Assembly (NCBI GenBank): GCA_009103225.1
Contig: RHPI01003488.1
Span: 559,931-623,802 of the forward strand
Length of the DNA stretch: 63,872 nucleotides
Reading direction: 5' to 3'
Origin: Chlorokybus atmophyticus
Taxonomy: Eukaryota > Plantae > Mesostigma and Chlorokybus algae
Each line of letters begins with the position of its first letter. Position 1 is the first letter of the stretch. Positions 1 to 13,238 of the stretch are shown piece after piece. The notes under the pieces are model-generated. The model saw only the letters and a program-made list of their open reading frames with translations. It did no database searches and was not told the DNA's origin. The position numbers were made by a program, and so were the translations under genes.

Positions 1-2958
1 CCCCCCCTTTAACTCAGGTTCGGCCTCGAGCGCCATTGTTTGCTGAAAAATCCGGGCCCCCAGGGGCTCCGTAAACATATTTTATGTGCTCAGCATACGA
101 CAGACTTTTTTAAGGCCAATGGTACTCATGGTTTATGAGTACACTTGTAAGCGCGAGAGTGTTGCTGCTCGTGACTTAGAGGTTATAAAGGCAGTTGACT
201 CTGCTTTTAAAGGGCACAGAGGGATGGACTTTGCGCAAGACGGCGTGCAATTGCAAGTGGGAATTTGAACGCATTCCAGGTGAACCAGTGCTGTTTAAAG
301 TCGTTGCAATAATAGCACACGCTAAAATAAAATAACTGATCAGGTTGGTGACACGTACACCAACCCCGAACAATCATAAGGGAAGCAAACTCCACAAAAA
401 CGTTAAGTCTTGCACCGGCTGCAAGCGACCACCGAGAGGTTCTCAACAATGCCATCGATATCCACATGACGCTTCTGCAATTGAGCCGTTGTAGGAAACC
501 AACCGTGCAATGATACGGCTAAGTCATTAGCTCATCAAGTATTCAATTTCGCCTTATGCAAATTGAGGATGATCAACCATTGGTCATTGCATCGTAAAAG
601 ATTGCGCGATACATTTGCTGTCTTGTTTTAAGCGTAGGGATTAAGCGGATTTCGGTCATTCTTTAATTGCCACGTCTACGCGGCGTACGGTGACCTAAAC
701 GGCTCGCACCTCCAAAATCGCATAAATTGGGCTGCAAGACTCGCAAACGCGGACAAGATTTGTCTCTCCAACCACTGGTTGTTCAAGGCATTTTAGATGA
801 ATAAACCATTAGACGATCATCGTCAACTTGTCAATTACTTGATGTAATTGACAAGTTTGCCACCATTTGTTGTTGAGATGTATACGTACCCTACTTTTGG
901 AAGCTCAAACGCAATTGGGGCTACAAATTGCAAATGAAATTGGACCGGCATTGACGAACGCATGGAACAACTGAATGGAAATTGTTGTTCGAAAGCTCCC
1001 AGGCGGGATCCCGAGCCTTGACACTGAGGACTGCTATGGCTAAATAAGGCCAGCAATCAAGGGTGGACTTGGAGGGCCGCAACGCGCCCAACGATTGTGA
1101 CCTTTCAAGTCCACGTATGCTAGCGACGTATATAAAGCTGAGTATATCAAGTTTAGCACCACTTGGTGGGAAGGCTTTACGGAACTTGATCAAGGTATAC
1201 ACAGAGATAGTGGATTAAGTGCTAGCGCCACCGCAGCTTCATTGCGAGCCAACGCTTTTTCATGAGTATGGTTAGCCGGTACATTAGCACCGTGGGTTTT
1301 TAGCGTGGGTCATTTGGTGAATTGACACACTGCCTTCGTCCATTCGACAAGGTGGACTCTTTTGTTAGAGGAGGGTCTTCCCCATGAGGTTTCCTGCTAA
1401 CAAGTTTCCTGCTAAACTTAACCTACACTTTGTGGATGTTTTTGTTTGGTGCAACACCTTGTGCAGCAATATGCTTTTGGATGGTGTGCAAAATGAACAC
1501 CACCACGACCACATCAAGCACGATCATGTGTGTGATGAGGGGCAAGGGTAGTGGCAAGCAAGTTGTCTTTGCCACCAGCGAAAGCGCCCTATGGCATGCA
1601 AGAAATAAGGGTGAGGCCGTTGGGAGCGAAGTGGCGGTTGTGAGAGCGAGAGTGGCGAAATTCGTGCGGCAAGTTGAGTATAAGGGCTTGGCAGTATATA
1701 TCAGGGGTATGGTACTGTGCCAACATGCATGGTGTGCGGACAATGTGTGTAGAGTATATGCAGTGCTGTGACTGTGACTCACACAACGCACATGACATAT
1801 GCATCTAGCCAGCTATCACCATACGCCAACCAACTAGCAATTGATAACCACCGGGCTATGTCTACACGCTATCTCTTACCCATAGCTAAGCATGCAGGCA
1901 CGGTGTGTGTGTACGAAGTATGCAATGCAGTACATATGCCACAAGCGCGTGTGGAAGAGATCAAATATGCCGCAAACATGTGTGAAATGTGGCGTGTAGT
2001 GGCTGACAAGACCCCACATGCCATGTACATAGGCATTTCCATGGATGCAAGTATGCACAGCACGCACACGCACTCATCAACCAAGACAAGCATCAATAAT
2101 TACCACCAACGGGGGCAAAGGCTATACTAACTGCATGCAACTATATGCTATGCAAGGCGGGCAAGCACGAGACGAAGCTGATGTAGCTGCCAACCTGAGC
2201 ACACAGGCCAAAGTCCACGCTCAGAAGGTGGTTGATCACCGAAGGGAGCAGCAGCAAGCAAGGGCAGGGGCAGGGCGGGGCGGGTGTGTGCAATGCTGTG
2301 GTGTGCTGAGACGACTGGCACAGTGCCGCCAGCATGTTGCTGCTCCGGTCCTTGGGAGTTAGTGAAATACCAGTCCGCGCGCAAGGAACGGCTGCAGTCA
2401 GCCTCAGGCAATACTGTACACTCTTAACAGCCAACGGTTAGATCTTGCAGTGCTGACGACCAGTGACATCAACAACACCATCATTTCAGCCAGCATACAT
2501 TAGCATGAAGTAGCACAGCACATGCAACCAGTACCAAACAGGCAACAAGCACAACACCAGCACGCCAGCACATTATCACACAGAATAGGTTCGGGCAGTT
2601 GAACTGCTCCCCACACCGTGGGTGGCCACACTTACCTACATGTGCACATGCAGTAGTTCTTCCTGATTCTGCTCGCACCCAACATGCAATGTTTGCAGGT
2701 GCACCGCAAACACATTGGGGGTTTCCCCTATGCAGACTGTGGACAAAATCAATCAGCTTGTTTACAGGCAAGGCACCCTGCAGTGCTCCATCAACAAATG
2801 AACAGCACCAAATGGGTGCTCAGCTATTAGGCAGGCTTATCATAGAACATACTGTACATTGTTTTTATTGTTTGTTCGCTTTGCATAGCGCGATCAGGGA
2901 CTACTATACCCCATACACGTGCTACTCGTTGACCTAACAACAGTGCGCCGCAAGTCAG

Positions 2959-3231
2959 TCAGTCATACTCATTGCGCAGGTACTTGGAGTAGTTCATGAG
3001 GGTGCAGACAACGGCGGCGGTCTGCTTCTGGCTGCGGAGGAACCGCATCTGACCCATGCGACGTCTCCGTTGCGCCAGCACACGCCGATACATTTGGAAT
3101 CGCAGGAACCGCCGCTGCCTCTCTATCGAGAGCTTGCGCCTCTGCTCCTCGCCCACCAGCAGCAACAGCAGCAGTAGTACCAGCTTGCGCCTGTGCGCAG
3201 GCTCCATCTGCTTCACAGCTCCCCAACTCAC
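2959..3231 (-). CDS. Possible coding exon of an unidentified gene
   Basis: GC-rich stretch with two overlapping open frames (2959..3231 and 2969..3226) and an acceptor-like AAATACAG at about 3232. No recognisable domain, and the true frame is not resolved. Confidence 0.25.
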   Translation of the reverse strand: MSWGAVKQMEPAHRRKLVLLLLLLLVGEEQRRKLSIERQRRFLRFQMYRRVLAQRRRRMGQMRFLRSQKQTAAVVCTLMNYSKYLRNEYD

Positions 3232-3614
3232 TGTATTTGGGGTTTAATCAGCACACTGGCTTGCAACTGGTGCATGTCATGATGCAATGCAGACCGTGCG
3301 AAAGCTTGCATGCGGTGGCATTGCACATGAGGACACTTGCTCGATTTGCAGTATGACTGGGACCATTGCTCGCTGCGTCCAGCACAACAGAGATGCATAC
3401 AAAAGCAAGTGCAGGTTGCACGCCCAAGGAAGTGTACACTAGCATGACGACTTATGTGCTAACACTGTTACGTACGAAATGGAGAGAACTGCACACACAA
3501 ACACAAGCATTTGAAGAACAGCCATGCTCGCCCACCCAATTGCCCCTGCTCCTGGTCCTACACCGCCGCCGCGGCCGCCGCCCGTTCCGCCAATAAACGG
3601 TCGATTAACTTTGA

Positions 3615-3638
3615 AAACCCTAATCACTTCGTCACGTG
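3615..3638. promoter_or_regulatory. Telo-box (AAACCCTAA, 3615-3623) next to a G-box-like CACGTG (3633-3638)
   Basis: Exact motifs about 1 kb upstream of the LARP1 ATG. Telo-boxes are established in promoters of plant translation-related genes. The motifs are short, so a chance occurrence is possible. Confidence 0.3.
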
Positions 3639-4618
3639 TTACGGGGTCGACCTTAGAAAGCGTGACAGTGACACCAACGCCAGTGGCGTTACGCCACCTT
3701 CAAGGAGAATCCATCCAATGGTCAAAAGCGGCTAGGAATCGCCGCTGATTGAGCATCTGACGCCAGCCGCTCGATGCCCAGCCCCTCTTCGTGCGAATGT
3801 TTGGAGGAATCCATCAAGAATCACGTTTTCTGCTTTCCGGGGGCTGTTTTGCTTTTTTCTGCGGTGCTCAATCAATACGGCGGTCAGCCCCGTCAACTTT
3901 ACAACCAACGCCCTTAACCTCGGTTACGGAACCTACAGCGCAGGCAGGCGCACTGGTGACCTCAACCACGGTGAGCAACAGATCGCCCCAGCTTGACTGC
4001 GGTCTGCTGACGGTCCGGTGTGTTTTGCCGCGTGGTTGTCGCCGTCGCTTCTGACGCCAGAGGGGGTACGTCGGACAGGTAGCATTTTGGCGTCCAACCC
4101 GCCCACTTGGATCGCTACGTTACCCGGCGGCGGGGACACAGCTTGCAGCGGCGGCGGTGGCGGCGGTACCGGCGGCGGGGGTGGCGGTGGCGGCGGCGGT
4201 GGACAGCGCGACGTCCGCGCACGCAGCTGTTGTAGCCATAGGAGGGTGTGTGTGGTGTGGGTGCGCGTGGCAGCTCCCGGTCAGCGGGTGTCTCGGACTG
4301 GTGGCGGCGGCATGCGGTTGTACTGTCATTGGTGGTGACGGGTGTTGTCTGCTGCTGCTGCTGCTCTGGCCTGGCGGCGCAGGGGGTTGCCGAGGGGCGG
4401 GAGGGACTGGATGCTGCCGTGAGCCATGGCTGGAGTGGCAGTGTGTAGTTTGCTGAAGGGCGAGTGATCACGACAGAGGAGGTTTGCAAGACGAGGGTTG
4501 CGACTTTCATACTGCTTGGAGTCTGGGCTGCGTTGCACAGCGTTGCTCGCTGTTCTTGGTAAGCTGACGCGAGGGTTGAGGTCGCCTGCGGTGCATTCAG
4601 CCCTTTGCGGCCGTGATC

Positions 4619-7600
4619 ATGGGGTCTCAGGCCGCCGGGAGAGACCAGGTGGCGGTGCCCACAAGGCAGCCCGCAGCCGCCGCAGCATCATCTTCATCAG
4701 CTAAGCCGCCTGCAGCAGAAAAGCACGCTGCTGAGCCCGTCGCGGCCTCTTCCAAGCCCGTATGGTCGCAGATTGTGCGTGCCGACCCCAGGGCCAAAGG
4801 CAAAGACGTCAAGTCGGATGCTTCCACGGCTAGCTCCAACAACAGCAGGCCCTCAGCGGATCAGAATGGCAAGGACGTCAGCCAGGAGCAGCAGGGTGCT
4901 GTCAGGAAGGTCACCGCCATTGTCGAGGACGCTGGCATGTCCAAGGCACAGTTTGCCGGAAACAAGCCTGAGTCTCCTGGCGCATGCAAGGATGCTTCCG
5001 ATGGAGCCGACGCCGATGACAACAATGGCGCAGCAAAAGAGGATGTCGTGGCCCCCGCGCCTCCCAAGCCACTCGAACCTGCAATGCCTTTGAAGCCTGC
5101 ATGGGTGCGGCCCAGGGAGCAGGCACCCACCGTCCCACAGGTTATGGGTGCCTCGTGGCCAACCCTCGTGGACGCCAAAAACAAAGCACTGGTGGTTGAG
5201 ACGCCAGATCTCAGCCTTGGGGATCGCACCCGGGTAAGAGCTGAGTTTTTGCCCTTAAGTGGTTGCATGTCTGTGCTCTTCTTGCTCTATTCTTTTACAA
5301 AACGTTGCCAATAATGGTTCCACCTTGCTTGTCTGTCGATGATTGTAGGTCTTAGCATGCTGTGTAGGTTTGGTTGTGCACTGCCATGTAGCCTTGCATG
5401 CTATTCTGCACTGTTTTGTTATGCCATTTGCATGTGCAATGTGAGTAGCGGGAAGCAATGGGTTGCAATGCATTTTCTGGGTCAGCTCTGATTGTCAATT
5501 TTCATAAAAACTACGGTTTGTTCATTACTTGGTACCACACCTCCTCTTGGTGGCAAGTTACGACCAGCAGGACTGCCCAGGTGCCTGACATGCATGCTGG
5601 TTGACAGGGGTCTGTGGGCATGTCGCGCACCAACTTCCCATCGGCCGTTACCATGCAACCCTTTCGAGCAAGGGGAGCTTCTGGTCGACAGAGAAGCAGG
5701 GACCCTGCGGCTGAAGGTTCCAATGCAGCACAGAGTTCAGGTCGCGATGGGGACAGCGACGTGGCAGGTGTTGCGCAGCAAGGCAAGTTTGAAGCTGCGG
5801 ACCGATCTGCACAACCTCCCCTGTCCAACGGGCCAGCTCTGCCTGGAGAACAACGGAACAACAGGCAGCAGGGATTCGCTAGAGGTGGGCCTAGGCCTGG
5901 GCGCGGCCGCAGCAGTGAACGCTCGTGGACGCAACCGCAGTCTCAAGCACAGGTCTCACAACAGCAGCCGCCGCAGGGCGCACCGCATCAACGTACCAAT
6001 GGCAATGGCTTTTATGGTGCCAGTGATGGTGGTCGAGCACGCAACAACAGGAACATGCCCCGCACAGGAGCTGCTGCCTATGTGCCAGCACTCACTGTCG
6101 CCTCTGCAGCAGGTAATTTCGCGGCTTTACGTTGCTCGCCTTCTGTCCACATTCGACACCCTGAGCTTCTTTTAACATTGCTTGCTCACTTAGCATGGCC
6201 TGATTGTTTGTGCCTGCAGGTGCACCCCCTGTGATGGGCTACTACGTTCCGCAGGGTGGAGCTGGTCCTGCAGGGTATTATGCACCATACCCTACTGGTC
6301 CTGCAGTATTGTCACCGGGCGCACCTCCCACTATGCGAAGTCTGATAATTATGCAGATTGAATACTACTTCAGGTATGCAATGTTTTGAACTGCTAGCAG
6401 TCAATCTGTTGAGTTAACCAATGCATTACTTGGCAGCATTGAGAATTTGTGCCGGGACATCTTCCTGCGCTCAAAGATGGATGAGTATGGCTTCATCCCG
6501 GTCTCAGTGATTGCGAGCTTTAACAGGGTGAGTTCAATAATGGGCTGTTGATCCAAATCCTCAACTTCAAGACGGAACGCAATGTTTACCACGCCAGTGC
6601 TCTGATACCTCTTTCGCAGGTCCGCATGCTGACTACGGATACAGACATGATCCTGGAGGCGTTGCAGGGCTCTTCCATTGTTGAGATACAGGTCAACTAT
6701 GTGCTATTCTGGCGGAATGGGTAGTTGCTGCACGCACGCGTGCTTACAGAGGGTGTGATTGTCACAGGGGGATAAACTTCGCAAAGCAGAGGACTGGCAG
6801 AGTTGGTTATTGCCGGCTACGCCACAGGATAGACCTGTTGCCGCAACTGGGTTTCCCACAGATCAGCCGCTTGAAAACAGTACTGATGTTGACATCGCCA
6901 AGGAGGCGAGTGCAATGGAAGTACAGCCCGCTAATGAGCAAGTTTCTAGCTCCAGTGGTACACAGCAAGCTCAGCCCCCCGTGTCTGAGCCTGCTGGCCC
7001 TCTGCCAACCAATGCTAACAGTAGCAGTGCAGCTGTCGCTCATGCTGTGCAGCACAGTCAGCGTCCCATTGTCGAGAATGGTGTGTTAGAGCACGCTGCT
7101 TCTTCTCAACCAACTGGCGAAGCAACTGAGACACATACTATAGACCAAAGTTTTTCTAAGGGCAGTCTTGGCAAAGATGTCAGCAGTACGTCAGCCGGTC
7201 CATCTATCAGCCGTGAAGCCTCTGCTGACGCTGGGGAGCACGAGCCAGATGAGGCGACCTTCCAGATGGATGAAGACTTGGATGATGTGGCTGCTACTCC
7301 TGCCAAGCGGTAAGTGGTATGTATTGGCATCTTCGAGAGTGATGTATTCACTGGCCTAACACTATGGCACGGATAGGGTGACTGTGCGAGGAGAGGAGGA
7401 AGGCGATGACCTCGCTGACAATGATGTACATAAGCTCATTATTGTGACTCCGGTACGGTACAGGCACATTGTCTCCGCACATATGCATGCGACCCAGAAT
7501 TGTGGTTTAACTGACTGTGCTGATGTGTCAGTCGCGACGAGGTGGCAAGTTAGAGAGGAGAGGTGGGGATGGCCGGGAGCATGGTCGCAAAGCCGGTACT

Positions 7601-9191
7601 GAGGACACGGCGACTGCAATCAGCGAAGGTCTTTTCCAGTATGAACAGGTAGTTCTTGTGAGGCAATTGTAAGGCTAGTTGGTTAGCTGCTGTAAGCCAG
7701 CTCAGAGCCAAGCAGGGTTTAATTCCGTGCTTTGGCTTGCCTGTAGGACCTGAGATCTGGTCGGCGAAGGCAGCCGTCTGCTGGACGTGAGCGAAAGGTG
7801 CTTGTGGAGGGCGAGCGACCAAGCAGTGTCACCAGTGACAGCGGCTTCCGCTTGCCACCTGGCCGTGATTACCTGGCACCACGCCCTGGGGGCTCCGGAC
7901 GCCCTGCGGCTGGCGCTTTCCCTCGGTTCTTTCCCAGCAGCTTACCTCGTGACCAAACTGGAAGCTATGGACGTCGTCGTGCTATTACTGCCGAGAGCCC
8001 ACCAGACTCTGTGGGTTTCTTCTTTGGAGCAACTCCTCCAGAGCATTCCGTGTAAGCGTGTTCCCCGTTGAACATGTTTGTAAAGCATACAAGGCCTTAC
8101 TTGTCACGTACTATTGTGTCCTCCTGCAGGTCTTTGGCCAATGGGCGGCACTTTGCGCCGGCCAGTGTCGGTAGTTCTCCCAGCTCTGCAGGCAGTCCCA
8201 CAATGAGTTCGTCATTGCCAAAGTCGTTTCAAGTACAGCATCCAAGCCATGAGCTACTGGAAGACAATGGTTTCAAGCATCAAAAGTACATCAAGTTCCA
8301 TGCCAGGTGTATCAGTGAGCGCCAGAAGCTTGGGCCTGGTTGCAGTGAGGTACGTAACTTCATGCTCTCAGCGCCTCTGTTGAAGGGTGCGAGCAATCAT
8401 GTAGCATTGTTTGCTGTGAACAGGAAATGAACACGCTCTTTCGCTTCTGGTCATATTTCTTGCGCAAAAACTTCAATGAGCGCATGTACGATGAGTTCCG
8501 TCACCTTGCTGAGGAGGACACCAAGTCTCACTACTACTACGGCCAGGAGTGTCTGTTCCGCTTTTTTAGGTACAGCTAGTTGCCTCCGCGGTTGTTTGTG
8601 TGTCTGTTGCGCGCGCGCGCGCGGGGGGGGGGGGGACCAGGACCTGCGATTGCATCACGTAACAAAATGTTGGTTATCAGCTATGGGCTGGAGGAGAAAT
8701 TCAGGGAGAACCTGTACAAAGACTTTGAGGACTATGTCCTAAAAGATTATAAGGAAAGCAGGCTCTATGGGCTGGAGAAATTCTGGTAAGGAGCAATTTT
8801 TTTTTTATCACGTTCTGCTTAGATCTCTAATGTTGTACAGTTTCTCTAAGCTGTATATGCATTTGTGCCTGGTCATGTGCTAGTTGTCATGCAGGCGAGC
8901 TTTTGCCTGTGTGTGTGGTCTTAGCGGCGCAGTTGCCATATCGTACATGAAATCATCTGTGGCATGTGCAGGGCATACCATCACTACCGTAGGGGCAAGA
9001 AGGTGGAGATTCAGTCCCCAGAACTCAAGAAGTTGCTGGAGGAACAGTTTCGCACGCTGGAGGACTTTCAGCGTGCCAATGCTGCATTGAAGAGAAAGGA
9101 CAGCACTGCACCAGCTGCTGCTGCTGCTGCTGCGCATGCTGATGCTGCCAGCACGCCGTCTGTGGAACCACCTGCTGTTACTGCCAAGTAG
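4619..9191 (+). CDS. LARP1: La-related protein 1 (La motif plus DM15/LARP1 repeats), multi-exon
   Basis: Spliced La motif: QIEYYFS|[30 protein letters not shown]|[24 protein letters not shown] (about 6350-6690). DM15 region: [37 protein letters not shown]|[26 protein letters not shown]...[11 protein letters not shown]|YGLEEKF...LYGLEKFW|AYHHY (8130-9191). Canonical GT-AG junctions. The start ATG at 4619 is inferred. Confidence 0.9.
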
Positions 9192-10242
9192 CGGTAGCAT
9201 TCATGTTGTCCCCTGCTGCTCAGTGCTGACAGATACATCTGCAAGGCGCGAGTGCGAGTCTCTCAGCCACTGCTCCCATTGATGGCACTCCTTGCGCATT
9301 GGAAATATGCGCCCAGCACATTGCTGCTCGGTGCTGGTGCCAGCCGAGTTCTCCCGTCTTTTCCCTTTTTTTTGTATTTAGGTTTTACTGCATCTACCCG
9401 GCCGTTTTATAAAAGAGCGGGAGTAGATGAAACAAGCAGTACTGTTCCCCTGGTTTTGAGATGCGCGCTAGCTGTGGCAGTCCTTGAGCTGTCGATTGAA
9501 TGGTGTTTGGTGTGATAAGCTCCACAAACAGTTAAGCAACACAGGTTTGCACAGAGAATTCATGTTTGTTGCGAGTCTGTACATTGCCATATACATGTTA
9601 TGAACTCCAGCTACCAATATGTTCAGTGCACTTGGTAGCCGCACAATGGCTAGGTTTGTCAAGCATGTCGTCGTCGCGGTGTCATTCGTGTGCAGGGAGG
9701 ATGTTTAGTGATGGGCTTGTTCATGGCATGGACAGAACACACAGTCACACTCGCACCCCTACGAATGCAACATAAACATTAGAGTCACTCTGCTGTTTAT
9801 GTCACATACGAATTGTTCACTTCAGTATATATAAGTTAGTCCGTTAAGAAATGCGATTTAATATGCACAAAGAGAGACTTTCATTAATTATGTCTGATTA
9901 CACGATCTATCTCAAGAGTCATTCTCACGTGCATCTTGTTATGAGGTTGCCAACTTGAATGCGTGTATTCTTTGGGCCTGCCTTTATGAAGATGTTGCTT
10001 CAATGTGTTGGCCGCCGCACCATGTGCATGTAGTGCTTGCGCGTGTATTGTTACCCTTCATTGACCTTCTGTTCTGTGTTGGTGCATGCATTGATGGCAC
10101 ACAAGGAAGAAACGCGGAGAGAAGTTCTGTCGCACACCAGGCCATCCAGAAGCATTGTCCATTGCTTATAAGTTCGTTATGAGCATTGCAATCAACTTGA
10201 TATCACCAATAGAACTGGGTGTTGACGACGGCAACATAGTTG

Positions 10243-12432
10243 TTATCGCACCCTTGGTGCAGCCATGTTGGTTTGCAACCACGACACGGTGTCCGCAACT
10301 GTTTCATCAACAGGTCTGGGCTTGAAAGTGAGGTCTCTCCTTGCCAAACTCGCATTGCAATACCTGCACGCAGATGTCATCATTCACAGATAACATCCTC
10401 ACTGACTGAACACCTCCAAGCACGCACCAGAAGTGTTGGGACATTTCCACCACGACGGGGTCAAGTGACGGATCCCACCGGCCAAACAACCCCTTGATCC
10501 CGGTTGCTGCTGCCGCCATGGCAAATGCCATCTCGTCTGGCACCTACATGAGTTGCATGTTGGGTTGTGCAACATGCACAACATGCGCATGCACACCCAC
10601 ACTTGCCTGCAGCCAAGGCCCGCGCACGCCCGACACCCGGGTTACCCTGCCAAAGTAGTCAGCCAACGTGAGGTTCCCCGCCCCAAGCAGGTAAGTTGCA
10701 TCGGGCCTGCCGCTCCTCATCGCCTCCACGAAAGCAACTGCCTAAGTGGAAGACGTGTTGATGAACTTTAGTGTGTCACACGTTTATGCCAGCCTGCCAA
10801 GTTGAGCAACGCTGCGTGCGTGTGAGCGCATGTGAGGGGGTGCATGCGCATTGGCACAGTGCTGATATGCGTGTACGCAGACTCGCATGTTGCTTGCATG
10901 CGCATGTGCGCGTGTATGTGTATGTTGCGCATCCGCATCACGCACCGCATCACGCACGTCCACGAGGCTCAGGCCACCGGATGGAATCAGCGGCACTTGT
11001 CCCGTGAGCAGGTCCAGCACCGTGCGCGAGGAGCTCAGCCGCCAGTCACCTGTATGGATACTATCCGCGTTGTCTGCGTTCTGTTTGATGCAGAGACAGA
11101 GAGTGTGCATGAAGATTGACACACATGCCTGCATGCTTTGCGCACGCACCATTGCGACAAGCATATGTGCATGTTGCTATCCCTTGGCTTGCCACACATA
11201 TGCATGTGCCCAAAAACCTGGTCCCAGCAGCAGTGTGGGCCGCATGACGACGAGCTCCACGCCCAGCCGCTTTGCGCATGCCAGCGCGGCCTTCTCCGCC
11301 TCCAACTTGGTTGAATAGTATGGCCATGCGCTCACAACCTTTTCTAGTGGCGCAGAACAATGATGAGTGGTACAAGTTCGCTTGGAACCTTGCAGTCACA
11401 GAAGCATGCACTACTGTTTGTTACCAGCATAAGAAGCAGTGTCATCAGCCACGAACGCGGGGTCCTTGCTGACTGCAACCACACCTGATGTGGACGCGTA
11501 CACCACCCGCCTGCACAGAGAATGGATGCTCCAACTACACTTGTCGCATTACTATACATGCTCCAGGACTTGTGTCGATCAAACCACACCTTACCTTACG
11601 CCGGCGAGGTTGGCGGCCTCAAGGACATTGATAGTGCCGGTTACGTGCAATTGACGCATCTTCTCAACCTCACCCGCCCTCCGCGTGTGCTCAACGGCGC
11701 CGGCAAGGTGGAACACGCCGTCCGCGTTTGCGAGATGAGCAGCGAGGTCAGCGGGTGGAGAGAGCACCGAGGCCGGGATGAGGGTGACGAGGTCATTGTT
11801 GTGGAGGTCACTTGAGTTGGGGTGGAAGCCCGAGCGCGCGATCACGCGCACGTGGTGGCGTTTGTGCACGAGCTCGCGCACCACGTGCTCGCCCAAGAAG
11901 CTGATCAAGCACAACAAGCACACACACGTGAGCACGCGGCACACATGCAGGCACATACGCGCAAGCATGCACACAATATGCCGCATGCATGTGCATGCGC
12001 ACTTGAACCCAGCATTGCACGCATGTTGTTGAGTGCGGTCTGTTTATGTCTGCGTACGCAATGAGGTCGTGAAGCTCAAAGCCCACCGATCGTTTAGCTG
12101 TAACAGCATGCACACAACAACATGCATTCATCAGACAGGCACCAGTGCTGTACACCAAAAGAGTCTGCTTAATGGCTGTGATCCAGGATTGGTGAGTTGG
12201 GCAAGCACAGGCCGAAGCAGCAAAGAAGAGCATATTCCTGGCGACCAAGACAGCTACTACTAGCAAAGCGGCAATGAGAGGAAACGCGGCATGCTTGTTG
12301 GCTTACCTATTCTGTATGACTTACTGGCATGGGGATGGCTGCTATCACACACGTTGCATGCTTGTGATGTGCAAAGCAGCTTGTCTTCCAATGCCCTACT
12401 CACCCTGTACCGCCTGTTACCACGTACAGCAT
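10243..12432 (-). CDS. NAD-dependent epimerase/dehydratase (extended SDR; HpnA/dihydroflavonol-reductase-like), multi-exon
   Basis: Exon 1 (12432-12404) MLYVVTGGTG splices to FLGEHVVRELV at 11900, completing the TGxxGxxG Rossmann motif. Also seen: GVFHLAG, catalytic YxxxK (WPYYSTK, about 11310), RPTLLLGP, GGLSLVDVRD, and a final exon YCNASLARRDLTFKPRPVDETVADTVSWL...* with TAA at 10245-10243. Confidence 0.85.
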
Positions 12433-13159
12433 GACGGCTGCTGAGTTGCCGCCGCCACCGCCGCCGCCCTTGCAAACCCAGGCCAGAAGACCAACTAGGA
12501 TGGGGAGGGCGCTGTCAAGGGCGGCGGCATGGGCGCCGTCGTCGTCGTCCTCCACCACCGCGGTAGATAGTGCTGCCGCAATGAACAGCGCTGTCTGCGT
12601 CAGTTGTGGTACATCACCGTTTAGTCTAATTGCGGAACAGAGCGGTTGTCAAGGTATGTATGGGTGCAAGGCCAGTTTGTGCACAGCACACTCAATCTCA
12701 GCAGTCATGCCTGCAATTGAGGTGAATGTGCTAGCACTGTATACTGGGGCATGCTCAGTTTGTGCGTTCGTGTCGCGCATACCACCTGCAAATGGTATGC
12801 GGGACGAATGCACAAACGTCCATTCAAAGCAGGGGACGAGTGATGGACTTGCACGGACAGAATCTGCATGCACAAGTGGTTCTTGCAAGGTGGGGAGGAG
12901 AGCAGGGATGGCAGCAGGAGCAAGCACTAAACACAAAAGACCAACTGCAGCGCCCTAAGTGTGCGGTTGGTCTGTGTGCAGTAGTCTGTGCATGTACCCG
13001 CGCTGCTTGCTTTGCGCCAGGTGGCCTGGTTGCACGTGCCATTCGTATCGCATGATTGCCAAGCTGGTTGACAGCAGCCATGCTGTGTGCGCATGTGATT
13101 GCCAGTGAGGGAGAGAGAGATATGGATGGAGAGGAGGTGGTGGGTGGGGTGGGGTGGGG

Positions 13160-13238
13160 GAAGTACAGCCCGCTAATGAGCAAGTTTCTAGCTCCAGTGG
13201 TACACAGCAAGCTCAGCCCCCCGTGTCTGAGCCTGCTG
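13160..13238 (+). repeat. 79-bp exact copy of a LARP1 exon segment (6918-6996) abutting an N gap
   Basis: gaagtacagcccgctaatgagc...gtgtctgagcctgctg is identical at both positions. Confidence 0.85.

Noticed and set aside
1-1420. TE or viral coding remnant in the compositionally distinct first 1.4 kb
   Set aside because: Scattered Cys-rich words appear on the minus strand, but I could not recognise an ordered motif set or termini. A translated search would be needed.
1423-2130. ORFs of 100-120 aa rich in Cys, His, Val and Met (and many similar ones across the window)
   Set aside because: They are translations of CA/TG-rich intronic or intergenic low-complexity sequence, not protein-like.
12649-12654. 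Readthrough from the upstream ORF (TGA CAA) into the in-frame epimerase
   Set aside because: The context CAACCG does not fit CARYYA, the upstream ORF is itself unverified, and the epimerase has a natural start at its first Rossmann strand.
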